From Eledone cirrhosa (taxonomy: Eukaryota), in assembly GCA_964016885.1 (NCBI GenBank), contig OZ024752.1:9858001-9922000 (forward strand): DNA of 64,000 nt, given 5' to 3'. Below, piece after piece: positions 24,590-36,556 of this stretch. Under the pieces are notes generated by a model, which saw only the letters and a list, made by a program, of their open reading frames with translations, ran no database searches and had not been told where the DNA came from. The position numbers were made by a program, and so were the translations under genes. Each line of letters starts with the position of its first letter. Position 1 is the first letter of the stretch.

Positions 24590-24845
24590 AAGTGATTAAT
24601 CAAAAATAATATGGCACCAGCTGATATTAGTAAAACAAACATTTAATTGTATATTTCTCTTCTGTCACTCACTACAACTCTTGAGTATATGTATTCTCTA
24701 AAGTATTAATCGGCTGATTAACCTAATTTGCATACAGAGCGATTTTACAGTTGGCTTTGCCGAAAATTAAAAACAAAATTAGAATTTGGTTTTTCGCTCA
24801 AACATAGCGGATATGTAAATGCATTCCTGGGGTTATATCGAATTA

Positions 24846-25000
24846 CAATTGTTTCTACTTTTGACACAAAGCCAGCAATTACCCAGTGCATTACTGGTAC
24901 TTTATTTCATCGACCCCGTAAGGATGAAAGGCAAAGTTAACCTCGACGGGATTTCAACTCGCCGAGATTAACTTTGCTTTTCATCCTTACGGGGTCTATA
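24846..25000. mobile_element. Nin SINE insertion with an internal inversion and TSD
   Basis: Minus piece 24846-24960 plus plus-strand piece 24961-25000, with atatcgaa on both flanks. Confidence 0.7.
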
Positions 25001-25214
25001 AATATCGAACAATAATATTCGATTCATTTGTAAGCAAACAGCCTCATTACGTTATGTTTTTAGATGATGTTTGCCATCCTTTTGTTCTAACGGTGACCGA
25101 GAGAGAAACAATCGACAATATTTGTTGTGGGTTATTGCACTTTTTCAAGATTGTGTATCTTTTTTCTGTCTGACTCGTTAGAACTGTTGAGAATATAGAG
25201 TATTCTCTAAATAT

Positions 25215-25960
25215 ACTTCTTTGACGCTAAACACCGCAAGTTGCAGACTACGCATCAACATGTGATATCTCTCTCCACAAAGTTCGATCACCAACAGCAG
25301 ACTATTAAAGAGCAAAGATCAAGTCCAGTCCATAAGTTGACATTGTCAAGTCATCGTTTTGGCTGCCGGCCTCTGCTTCTCTTACCAGCCAACCTTCCTT
25401 CCAGGCATAACTTACTCACACCACGAGTTGATATTTTTATATGACCATATAGTTTGAGTACTCTTGACTTGACAATTGATGTAATTGGTCTATGTTTGGT
25501 AATGTTGAGCAGCTCACTGATACAGATACGGTCGCTGAGCCACTTCCCAGTCATAAGTCTCATGATGTGGTTCTGGAATGTAGAGAGCTTTTGAAGTGAC
25601 CTTGTTGTCCAATTACCACAGTCAAGACCATATAACACAACTGGTAGGATGTAAGTATCGAAGATTTTAGCCTTCAAATGATAGGAAACTCGTTTTGATG
25701 TTAGTACTTCCTTGTTTTCGTTGAAAGCTGCCCAACCTAGAGCGATTCCATATTGCTCAGCAACCATTCAATTGTTGTTTGATTATAGTTTCTTACCGAG
25801 ATATACAAACTCCGTAACTTGAACAATTTGCTGGTGGTAGATTGTGAGTTAGATATTAGCACAGTTGTCATACTCTTTGTTTTGGAGATGTTGATGTGTA
25901 AGCCAGCCTCTAGCGAATGTTTGACCAGTACATTCAGAAAGTCTTGCAGATCGTATACCT
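25215..25960 (-). pseudogene. RTE-clade LINE 3' fragment
   Basis: FVYLG, WAAFNENKEVLTSKRVSYHLKAKIFDTYILPVVLYG..LKLYGHI..LEGRLAGKRSRGRQPKR. Confidence 0.9.
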
Positions 25961-26149
25961 AAAGTATACCTCGACTGAATAACCCAGAAACAATATTGTC
26001 AATATTGACAATGTTAGAACAAAAGGATGGCGATAAACATTTAATTAAAACTAACTATTAACACTACTGGCCCTATTGGAATATGCTTCATATAAAATAC
26101 TTTATCGTAAAACATCAAATGAAATAACGCAAGAAAGCACCATGATGGA

Positions 26150-26358
26150 CGCATTTACATTACTCTATATATTCTATTGTATTTTCATGGTAAACACTCT
26201 ACTTCATATAATTATCTCACATAATATCGAATCTATGAGATTTTGATATTATTTTGAGAACAATGCCTTAACATCAGTATGAGCTGCCAGTCACAGCTGG
26301 ATTGAACAGAAAGAAGTGAGAGAATTCTGGCCGGATACGGCCGGTTTAAATACTAAAT
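26150..26358 (-). mobile_element. piggyBac-like MITE, reverse copy of 43189-43527
   Basis: agaattctggccggatacggccggtttaaatactaa and the internal sequence match the 43.2-kb element. Confidence 0.55.
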
Positions 26359-27174
26359 AAAGAGCATTTGTCGGTTGGTACTCATGTAAACAAGTCGTAT
26401 ATTTTATATCTAGAAAAGGAAGGGAATTGTGAGTTATAAGTAAGTTAGATTAATGCCAGTAAGAGTTAATAGTTGACATGAGTTCATATTTCATATACAA
26501 TAAGTCTTATGGTGCTGGCTACCCGCAGGTATGAGCCTCGAGATCTGGAATGACTCTTCTAAATCATCATTTTCACCATCATCGTCAACATCATTTCTTC
26601 TCTCGCTGCCGTTCGGAATTGAAAAACTGAGTCTCTTCTTTCAGAAATTAACCTGAATCTATATGAAATGATGAATTAGAATTATATGATTTCCTTTCTA
26701 TAGAATCAATATGAAATTTTGAAAGTATTATATCATAATGAATTAGTTAATATATGTTGTTGCTTTTATTATAAGTTAGGCGCATGGCCTAAAACATAGA
26801 GCAGACTGGTGATGAAACAAATATCGGATTTAACCCGACAATTTTGTGTCTTCAGAAGTAGCATTGGTTTATCAATATATACTATTTCTAATGCAGAAAT
26901 CCTTGGGAATAATATGTACAGGAAGGTTCAGAAACTAAATCAATGAATGTCAGCAAGATTATAAGAGAATTAATTTTACTCAATAAAGAAAAACAGTGAA
27001 GAAAACTACCTTTCGTACGATGGTAAAACAAAGAAAGGAACAAAAGGAAACTGCTTAGTAAGCAGTTTTTATGAAGAAAGCCTAATGGCTAAATGAATAA
27101 TAGATGGTGCTAGAGCTAAAGTGGTTTTGAAGATAAAAGTAGCTTCCGACTCTGAACTGAAGTGTAATAGACTG

Positions 27175-28128
<954 letters not shown>

Positions 28129-28242
28129 AGTTGAAAAAAAATGAAAACGAAATTTCATTTCTCACTCTTAGTATGGCACTTACTTAAATGTAAGTATGTA
28201 TGTATACGTACATACATATATGTATACAGACGTACAGTAGCA

Positions 28243-28310
<68 letters not shown>

Positions 28311-28477
28311 CACACATATGCATACAGGTATACATACATATATGCACGCATCAGTTTAGCCGACGTTTATTATAACGCAGCTTTGTTCGCTTGTTTGTCA
28401 GCAAATCGAACAGCCTGAATTTATGCCATACGGTGTTAAGGCAAACACGTCACCTTTTTGTTCAACACTGACACAGG

Positions 28478-28522
28478 AACGATGTACTAGTTTCAAGCTT
28501 GTTAGCTATCATCAGCACCGTT
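28478..28522 (-). ncRNA. Minimal type I hammerhead ribozyme
   Basis: Exact mirror of 28892-28936. Confidence 0.8.
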
Positions 28523-28891
28523 TACCCATCTGCCAGATAGTTGAACGTTCGAAAGTATATACTTTCCTTATGAAAATTAACGGCTGAGCAGCCTAATTTG
28601 CATATTGAGTGAGTTAAATCGGTCAGGCATACCGAAAACGACAAGTTGAAAAAAAATGAAAACGAAATTTCATTTCTCACTCTTAGTATGGCTCATACAT
28701 ACATACTTACATTTAAGTAAGTGCCATACTAAGAGTGAGAAATGAAATTTCGTTTTCATTTTTTTCAACTTGTCGTTTTCGGTATGCCTGACCGATTTAA
28801 CTCACTCAATATGCAAATTAGGCTGCTCAGCCGTTAATTTTCATAAGGAAAGTATATACTTTCGAACGTTCAACTATCTGGCAGATGGGTA

Positions 28892-28936
28892 AACGGTGCT
28901 GATGATAGCTAACAAGCTTGAAACTAGTACATCGTT
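28892..28936 (+). ncRNA. Minimal type I hammerhead ribozyme
   Basis: aacggtg CTGATGA t-agct-aaca-agct-t GAAA ctag TA| catcgtt. Stem I is 7 bp, stem III is the palindrome ACTAGT, and the cleavage triplet is GUA. Confidence 0.8.
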
Positions 28937-29094
28937 CCTGTGTCAGTGTTGAACAAAAAGGTGACGTGGTTGCCTTAACACCGTATGGCATAAATTCAGG
29001 CTGTTCGATTTGTTGACAAACAAGCGAACAAAGCTGCGTTATAATAAACGTCGGCTAAACTGATGCGTGCATATATGTATGTGTACCTGTATGC

Positions 29095-29139
<45 letters not shown>

Positions 29140-29189
29140 TGCTACTGTACGTCTGTTTACATATATGTATGTACGTATACATACATACT

Positions 29190-29191
<2 letters not shown>

Positions 29192-29220
<29 letters not shown>

Positions 29221-29405
29221 ACCTACCTACATACATACATATATACATATATATACACATATTCATACATCTATACATATATATATATATATATATAATA
29301 CATACAGACATACCCAGATACATACATACACACACACATATATATACCTACCTACGTAGATATATACATATATATACACATATTCATACATACATACAGA
29401 CATAC

Positions 29406-29438
<33 letters not shown>

Positions 29439-29519
29439 TATATATATATATACCTGCCTACATACATGTATACATATATACACATATTCATACATCCATA
29501 TATATAATACATACATTCA

Positions 29520-29555
<36 letters not shown>

Positions 29556-29865
29556 CATACCAACATACATGCACACGCATATATATATATTTTTTTTTTT
29601 TCTTGTTTATTAGAGAAAAGAGGCGAGTCTTATTCTGGAATTTAACCTCAGTTCTCATAGTATCATCAAACAAGACATAAATATATTGCAAATCCCTCTG
29701 ATATAAACTGTTATATGTTAGATATAGAAGTGTATATGTGCGCATGTGCGTGTGTGCGTGTGTGCGTGTATGCGTGTGTGTGTGTGTGCGTGTGAGAGCG
29801 TGTGCGTGTGTGCGTGTATGTGTGCGCGCGTGGGTGTGTATGTATGCGCGCGTGTGTGTGTGTGC

Positions 29866-29895
<30 letters not shown>
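29192..29895. repeat. Mixed TA/CATA/GT microsatellites
   Basis: Direct runs. Confidence 0.9.
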
Positions 29896-29896
<1 letters not shown>

Positions 29897-30164
29897 TAGC
29901 CACTGATGTCAGCATTTTGCTTCAGTTGTTTTAGCTGTCTCTGGTGTGCTATATAAATGATGTGAATAAGAATACATTGTGGTATGCCTGGGAATAGAAA
30001 TGTGTTTGTTTGTAAGTGTCCTAGTAAAGATCAGGTTGAGATATACTCAACACGACATTTACCAGTGTATGTTATGTAAGAAAGGTGAATAGGTTACTAA
30101 AATAGAAATTGGCAATTATTAATTTTAACTTTATTATATTCAGATACTTAGGATATTGATAGCC

Positions 30165-31135
30165 ATTTCTTCGAATTGAGATATCACAGCACCGATATTA
30201 TGGCCATGTGGTTAGAATGCCTCAGGAAAGAAACTGTGAATTGAGAGATCATTGTTCCGATATTATGGCCATGTGGTTAGAATGTCTCAGGAAAGAAACT
30301 GTGAATTGAGAGATCATTGTTCCGATATTATGGCCATGTGGTTAGAATGTCTCAGGAAAGAAACTGTGAATTGAGAGATCATTGTTCCGATATTATGGCC
30401 ATGTGGTTAGAATGTCTCAGGAAAGAAACTGTGAATTGAGAGATCATTGTTCCGATATTGTGGCCATGTGGTTAGAATGTCTCAGGAAAGAAACTGTGAA
30501 TTGAGAGATCATTGTTCCGATATTGTGGCCATGTGGTTAGAATGTCTCAGGAAAGAAACTGTGAATTGAGAGATCATTGTTCCGATTTTATGGCCATGTG
30601 GTTAGAATGCTTCAGGAAAGAAACTGTGAATTGAGAGATCATTGTTCCGATATTATGGCCATGTGGTTAGAATGTCTCAGGAAAGAAACTGTGAATTGAG
30701 AGATCATTGTTCCGATATGATGGCCATGTGGTTAGAATGTCTCAGGAAAGAAACTGTGAATTGAGAGATCATTGTTCCGATATTATGGCCATGTGGTTAG
30801 AATGTTTCAGGAAAGAACTGCTGGAGAGTCACTCCAAGTAGAGCTGCTACTTCTCCGAATTAAGAGATCACAGCTCCAATACTATGGGCATGCTGTTAGA
30901 ATGTCTCAGGGAAGAATCGCTGGACATATTTTACGGGCAAAACTAACCGGCAGGAGACCCAGGGGTAGACCCTGAGCAAGATAGTTGGATAACACCCAGG
31001 AGCTTGGCTGGTCTTGATTGTGGATCCAGCCGGATTAGTTGAAGACGGCTGGTACTTAGTGGACCCGCAAGAAGACATGTTTGCAAACTCTGTCCCCATG
31101 ACCCTCTCAAAAATAAAGGGGTAAGAAGTAGAATG
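30165..31135 (+). mobile_element. RTE-derived 3' fragment preceded by a 65-bp tandem array
   Basis: LLLRIKRSQLQYYGHAVRMSQGRIAGHILRAKLTGRRPRGRP; homologous to 51604-51966. Confidence 0.85.
30172..30818 (+). repeat. 65-bp tandem array, 10 copies
   Basis: Unit gaattgagagatcattgttccgatattatggccatgtggttagaatgtctcaggaaagaaactgt. Confidence 0.95.
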
Positions 31136-31502
31136 TATGAAATCACGTTGGCAGGGGTGACGTGAACTTTAGATGATCAATGATTTCATATGATGGATGA
31201 AGTAGAATCGATCTGGGTGTTGGGTGCATTATTTCGATGCATAATTATACATTTATGACAGGTTGTGATCGATGTGACATTTTATTATGTGTAGGAGTTT
31301 CGTCGAATGAGTGGAGATCTTTTCCTTGACTGGACATGTTTATTCATCGAATGATACGTAAAAGCCAGGTAAATATAATATTGATATTTCTATTTGTCGT
31401 TGTGATGAGATATTTAGCAATAATGTATTGCCATAACAGCTTTCTGGAAAGTGTTCCAGTAGAATCTAAAAAAAAATGTCTAAATTCTATCTGAAGTCAG
31501 AA

Positions 31503-31978
31503 AGCTCATCGGGCCGGTGCTTATCCCGGTTTCATGGCGTGAAGCGACTGAGAGTACACGACTCCACCCTGGACAGGACGCCCGGCCATCGTAGGGTTAA
31601 ACCCCCAGCTATTTACTGGCGCTTATTCCGGTTTCATGGCGTGAAGCGACTGAGAGTACACGACTTCACCCTGGACAGGACGCCCGGCCATCGTAGGGTT
31701 AAACCCCCATCTATTTACTGGTGCTTATCCCGGTTTCATGGCGTGAGGCGACTGAGAATACACGACTCCCCCCTGGACAGGACGCCCGTCCATCGTAGGG
31801 TTAAACCCCCTGCTATTTACTGGCACTCATGTTTTTCAGCTGAGTATACTAGAGCAACGTGTAATGAAGTGTTTTACTCAAGAACACAACACAACACAAC
31901 ACACAACCCGGGAAATGAACCCACGACATGACGATCGTAGCTCCAACACCCTTACCACTAGGTCACGTGCCTCCACGT
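31503..31978 (-). mobile_element. tRNA/CORE-like SINE with a triplicated 102-bp body segment
   Basis: Head at about 31978; units start at about 31516, 31618 and 31720. Confidence 0.85.
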
Positions 31979-32339
31979 TCCAGTAGAATATCTTGTCTGA
32001 AATTAGGTACTTTCAAAAGGTACTCTCTAAACAAACTATATAAAGATTTCATGTTTTTTTACTTGGACTACCTTTTATTATCCGTATCTATCTTTTGTGG
32101 ACCTGTTCTTATTTTTATAACCCTGAACAAGGGCTAAAGCTCAACACATCCGACTTACCCTTTCGGGAAACTAATAAGACATTCTGTACCTGTTTGTCGT
32201 TTTCTTGATCTATATAAAGTATCTATTAAAATATATAATTGAATGATGGATGTGATGCTATAGTCTAACTATATAGCTCTCCGGCTCAAATGAAAGATCA
32301 TTGCAGACGATAACACGAAATACCAATGATAGAAAAATT

Positions 32340-32435
32340 ATACTACTTCTACTACTACTACAACTACTACTACTACTACTACTACTACTACTGTTGCTAC
32401 TACTACTATTGCTACTACTACTACTACTATTATTA

Positions 32436-32482
<47 letters not shown>

Positions 32483-32558
32483 GCGGCCACTACCACTACT
32501 ACTACTCCTACTATTACTGTTGCTACTACTACTATTACCGTCGCTACTACTACTGTTG

Positions 32559-32614
<56 letters not shown>

Positions 32615-32642
32615 GCTACTACTACTACTGCTGCTGCTGTGG
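32340..32642. repeat. (TAC)n microsatellite
   Basis: Direct run. Confidence 0.97.
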
Positions 32643-32869
32643 CTGTTGATTAGCCTAGAAGTACATTAATGTGTTTCATGATCTAAGAGAACTTAAGCAA
32701 ACACCGACAACAATTTACCTGAAGGAATATTTCGATATAATAGTGAATCTATAGATGTGAAAGTACCCGTGATAAATAGTCGGGAAATGATCCTCAGACT
32801 AAGTCATTTATTTTGATGTATTTTACATTCAGAATAAATAAATAAGCAATACAACGGGAGGAAACAAAA

Positions 32870-32913
32870 CATCACTGATGATGTCACAATTCTGTAGCGA
32901 AAGATCTCTGAGA
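32870..32913 (+). ncRNA. Minimal hammerhead ribozyme (family C)
   Basis: catca CTGATGA t gtcaca-attc-tgtagc GAAA gatc TC| tga. Stem III is the palindrome AGATCT. Confidence 0.6.
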
Positions 32914-32955
32914 AATTATATTTATATCTATATTTTTAACTGTTGGTCAATCAAT

Positions 32956-33046
32956 GGTTTCTTATATAGGCATAAGGCCAGAAATTATTGTGGAGGGGAA
33001 AACTCGATTAAATCTACCCCAGTGCGTGACTGGTATTTTATTTTAT
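32956..33046 (-). mobile_element. Nin SINE 3' fragment
   Basis: ggcataaggccagaaatt..accccagtgcgtgactggtattttatttta. Confidence 0.7.
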
Positions 33047-33232
33047 TGGCAGTGGAGACTTCTGGTGTCCTTGGCCCTAGGGCTACCTCCCTACTCACCA
33101 CCATAGGCGCTGAGATGGCCAGCCGCAGGTGTGAGCCTCGCGAGCTGGAATGGCTTTTCCAGCGCGTCTCCCTTGCCGTCCTCCGAGGAAACGCCTTCTC
33201 CATTCTGTCCGTCGGGGCTGTGGGGAGGCCAC
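33047..33232 (+). mobile_element. CRE-clade 3' fragment
   Basis: LAVETSGVLGPRATSLLTTIGAEMASRRCEPRELEWLFQRVSLAVLRGNAFSIL. Confidence 0.85.
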
Positions 33233-34714
33233 CAATATTATTGACTGACTTGTCATTTCATCAGTCAGATGTTCTAATGGTTCTATATATATATACAAGC
33301 ACTTTTATATTTTTTATACTTTACTGAAATCATGAAAATACTCGAACTGTATTCTAAGAGCCGAAAAAGGTAAGTTTATTTTTGTCACTGCTTAATATTC
33401 AGTTATGTCATAACTGAAATGTTAGTAGATTTCACTAACGGTTTACACCAAATCAAATTAACTTAATAATTTTAACCGGTCAACCATTATTAATATCAAA
33501 TTAGCACTGCACAGTTGAGTGATAGTTATTTGCTTTAGAGAATTGTAATGTATATACATGTCCTCCTGTAAATTCCGAGCAGAAATATATTCAGATCTGA
33601 AATTTAATGACAGTTATGTCAAGTAATACTATGTTACATACGGCTCTTAAGAGATATTTATATTTCTGTTACATAATTCCAATTCTTCATCGTGTGTATG
33701 TAAAGAAACGTTGCTTTCTTTAATGGTTGCATTCCTTGCTGCCAATATTTACTCGAATTAACCAAGAAGACCTGTCTCGATCTGGCATGGGTTGTTTTAC
33801 TTTAAATTACTTTGGCATGTTTCTAAGATGACAGAAATAAACACTGTGGAAAGTAAAGATATACTTTTATATTGGAAGAAACTATTTTGCAAACACAACA
33901 ATATTTTTCCAATGATATTTTTTTATATGTAAGTCTTCGTGTTCATATCAGTGTTACTAAAATTAGTATTGTTAGGTATTCTTACTTTTTTTTCTTCAAA
34001 GAACTGCACAAACATACATAACTTTCAATATATATATGGTTCACCTTTTCTTATCTTACATTTAGCATACACATATAACTTATATGTGTGTAAGTTTGTG
34101 TGTATAAGTGTGTGTGTGTGTTTGTATATGTGAATGTGTTTGTGAGATTATACATGCTGACGTGTCATCAATAGATATGAGCTGCAACAATCACACGAGA
34201 AATAAACAATGCAAATGTTGTCACGCAACTACGATCGATGTTGTTCGGGTTTATTTCCAAATGTTAAGTACTTAGGAACCGAGATTATAATGATTTTAAT
34301 GGTAAAACAAGTGAGGAGAGAGCTACTTTTGATAATGCTTAATATTAAAAAAAGCAAGGAGAGAGTGCTTTGTCTAACAAAGGCTCTGTCGGTTCAGATA
34401 GGTATTTTCATTATTCAAAAAATAGAGCATTGTGTTCGTAGAGATAACTTACATGAGTGTAATCTTTATGCCCGTAAGTTAAAATTGCATTCACTGTATT
34501 AGTAAAGGTGGAAGTGAATCATAGCACATGGGAATGTAATTGATTGTTTCTCTGATCAAAACTAGTCCTATCTCTGGCTGGCCAAATAGATTATATATAA
34601 ACCTTATATAGCATTGAGTCAGCTTTCTTACGTTTGTTAACACAGTTGTACATATGTTCTTGTCGAATTACAGCTGCTTGAGTAGCATAAACAGGTTAAA
34701 CTTATGAAGAGTCC

Positions 34715-34908
34715 TAGTGTCAGGATGGTGACGGGCTTTAGGCTTAGGGGGCGGCGAAGTTGGGGTTGCACCCTGCGGAAAACACCGCAAAAGCATTTCA
34801 GTGACACTTGCTGCAACAGCCACGTCACCTCGTAGGGGCTCCTTACTGAGACGGGTTTCTGACGTTATGATCTTGCGGAGGAGCTCGGCAGTACGGGGCC
34901 CAGATACG
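34715..34908 (-). mobile_element. CRE-clade 3' fragment
   Basis: GPRTAELLRKIITSETRLSKEPLRG..WLLQQVSL; homologous to 2630-2940. Confidence 0.75.
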
Positions 34909-35539
34909 CATGTGATCACGACAGTGACCGGCAAGATGAGGAAGCGTCCGACAATCTATTTTCATTTTCATTCCGAGAATTTTCCGGAAGCAGAAACATT
35001 TATTTATTACAGAGATTTTGCTGCTCTAACAATTTACTGAAATCAAGGAAATATTCGAACTGTATTTTAAGAGCCGAAAAATGTAAGGTTATATTTGATA
35101 ATGCTTAACGAGAATGTTCAATATCAAGTGAGTGATAACGAGGTTCAAATATACATCAAAATATTGAAGAAGGTTTTCTACTTTGACAAACGTATATTTA
35201 ATGAACCAAATATTTTACGTTATGTTTTAAGTCAAGTAAGAATAGTGTTTCTTATGAAATATGTGAAAGGATCCCGTCAACTTAATTATGTTTATAGATA
35301 TTTAAGGGTAATAACCGAAACAATATTGTCCAAACTAAAACGAACGAGGATCGGCCGCGGTTCTCAACTTCCTGCAAGGTATTTCTGAATGTAGATAAAG
35401 CAAAATATATAAATGTTCCTGACAGAATTAATTAATATTGATAATTATTGGATAATATTTATAAAACATACAAACGTCTAGTAAATTATATAACAGTATA
35501 TTAAAATAAAAAAAGGCAGAGAGCAAAAGATAGATAATA

Positions 35540-35824
35540 GAACAAAATTAGAATTTTGTTTTTCGCTCTAACATAGCGGATACGTAAATGAATTTGTAAG
35601 ATTTGTATCGAATAATATTAATATTTGATTCGTTTGCAAGCAAACAATCTCATGACGCTATGTTTTAGAGATGAGCCTCGCCATTCTTTTGTTCTCGCGG
35701 TGAGGGAGAGAAACAATCCTGTTACTTCGTGAAACCGCGAGAACAAATGGACGGTAGTGGTTATCTATAAAACATAGCGTCATGAGGTTGTTTACTTGCA
35801 AACGAATCAAATATTAATATTATT
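35540..35824. repeat. Dispersed repeat with an inverted duplication (arms about 35612-35701 and 35734-35824)
   Basis: Arms are complementary. The left part is homologous to 24770-24843 plus 25003-25112. Confidence 0.75.
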
Positions 35825-35826
35825 TT

Positions 35827-36112
35827 TTATATATTACTAAAAGTCTGTGATTGCTTGTTTGCTTGCTTGCTTGTCTTTAATGTAATACAGCCAAAAGGGC
35901 GCATAATGGGAAAATACTTTGAAAATACCCTGAAATGGGAATACAAATGGATTAACACAAGTTTCGCGTAAATCGAAGCTGGGCTTCAAGGGTATCTTCA
36001 GAGAAAGGGAGAGAGTGGTTTTGAGAGAGTAGATTGAAAGAAAGACAGAGAGAGAGGGAAAGGAGACAGAGAAGGAGAATGGAAGAGAGAGAGAGAGAGC
36101 TGGTGTTGTTGT

Positions 36113-36161
<49 letters not shown>

Positions 36162-36201
36162 AAAGGATAAGTAACTGCAGTAACTCCAAGGTATATCCCC
36201 T

Positions 36202-36259
<58 letters not shown>

Positions 36260-36357
36260 GCGTGTGTGTGTTTGTGTGTGTATGACTAGTGTATATAGAT
36301 CACAGTCACCCACACATATATAAATGTACACACAAACACATACACATATATAAAAAG

Positions 36358-36404
<47 letters not shown>

Positions 36405-36556
36405 CACGCACGTATATATATGGGCCTGCCAGTTACATTTCACATTATATACATGTCTGTGTATATTTTAATTATTTAAAGATTATTTTTAAGTGAACGA
36501 GATTATTTAAAAATAGTTTGATATGAACGTGACCCAACGGATCTCGGGTGGTCTAG
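35827..36556 (+). mobile_element. Putative non-autonomous Helitron
   Basis: 5' tatattactaaaag followed by a (GCTT)n microsatellite. 3' end has hairpin accc..gggt followed by ggtCTAG|T. Confidence 0.55.

Larger units (their letters stand above)
28128..29191. mobile_element. Retrozyme-like / pLTR-like element (family F): head-to-head copies of a ~515-bp circularly permuted unit
   Basis: Left arm 28128-28692 has about 50 bp of terminal redundancy (28128 versus 28643). Right arm 28694-29191 starts and ends with catacatactta. Arms are nearly identical and flanked by (TA)n. Confidence 0.85.

Noticed and set aside
28128-29191. Possibility that the palindromes are sequencing or assembly fold-back artefacts
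   Set aside because: The arms differ by substitutions and TA-tract length, and the same geometry recurs in old diverged families. Raw reads should still be checked.
32301-32669. Poly-Leu and poly-Tyr ORFs
   Set aside because: They are translations of a (TAC)n microsatellite.
35950-36003. CTGAAGA...GAAA on the minus strand
   Set aside because: Neither stem I nor the stem II closure pairs, and it lies inside the putative Helitron.
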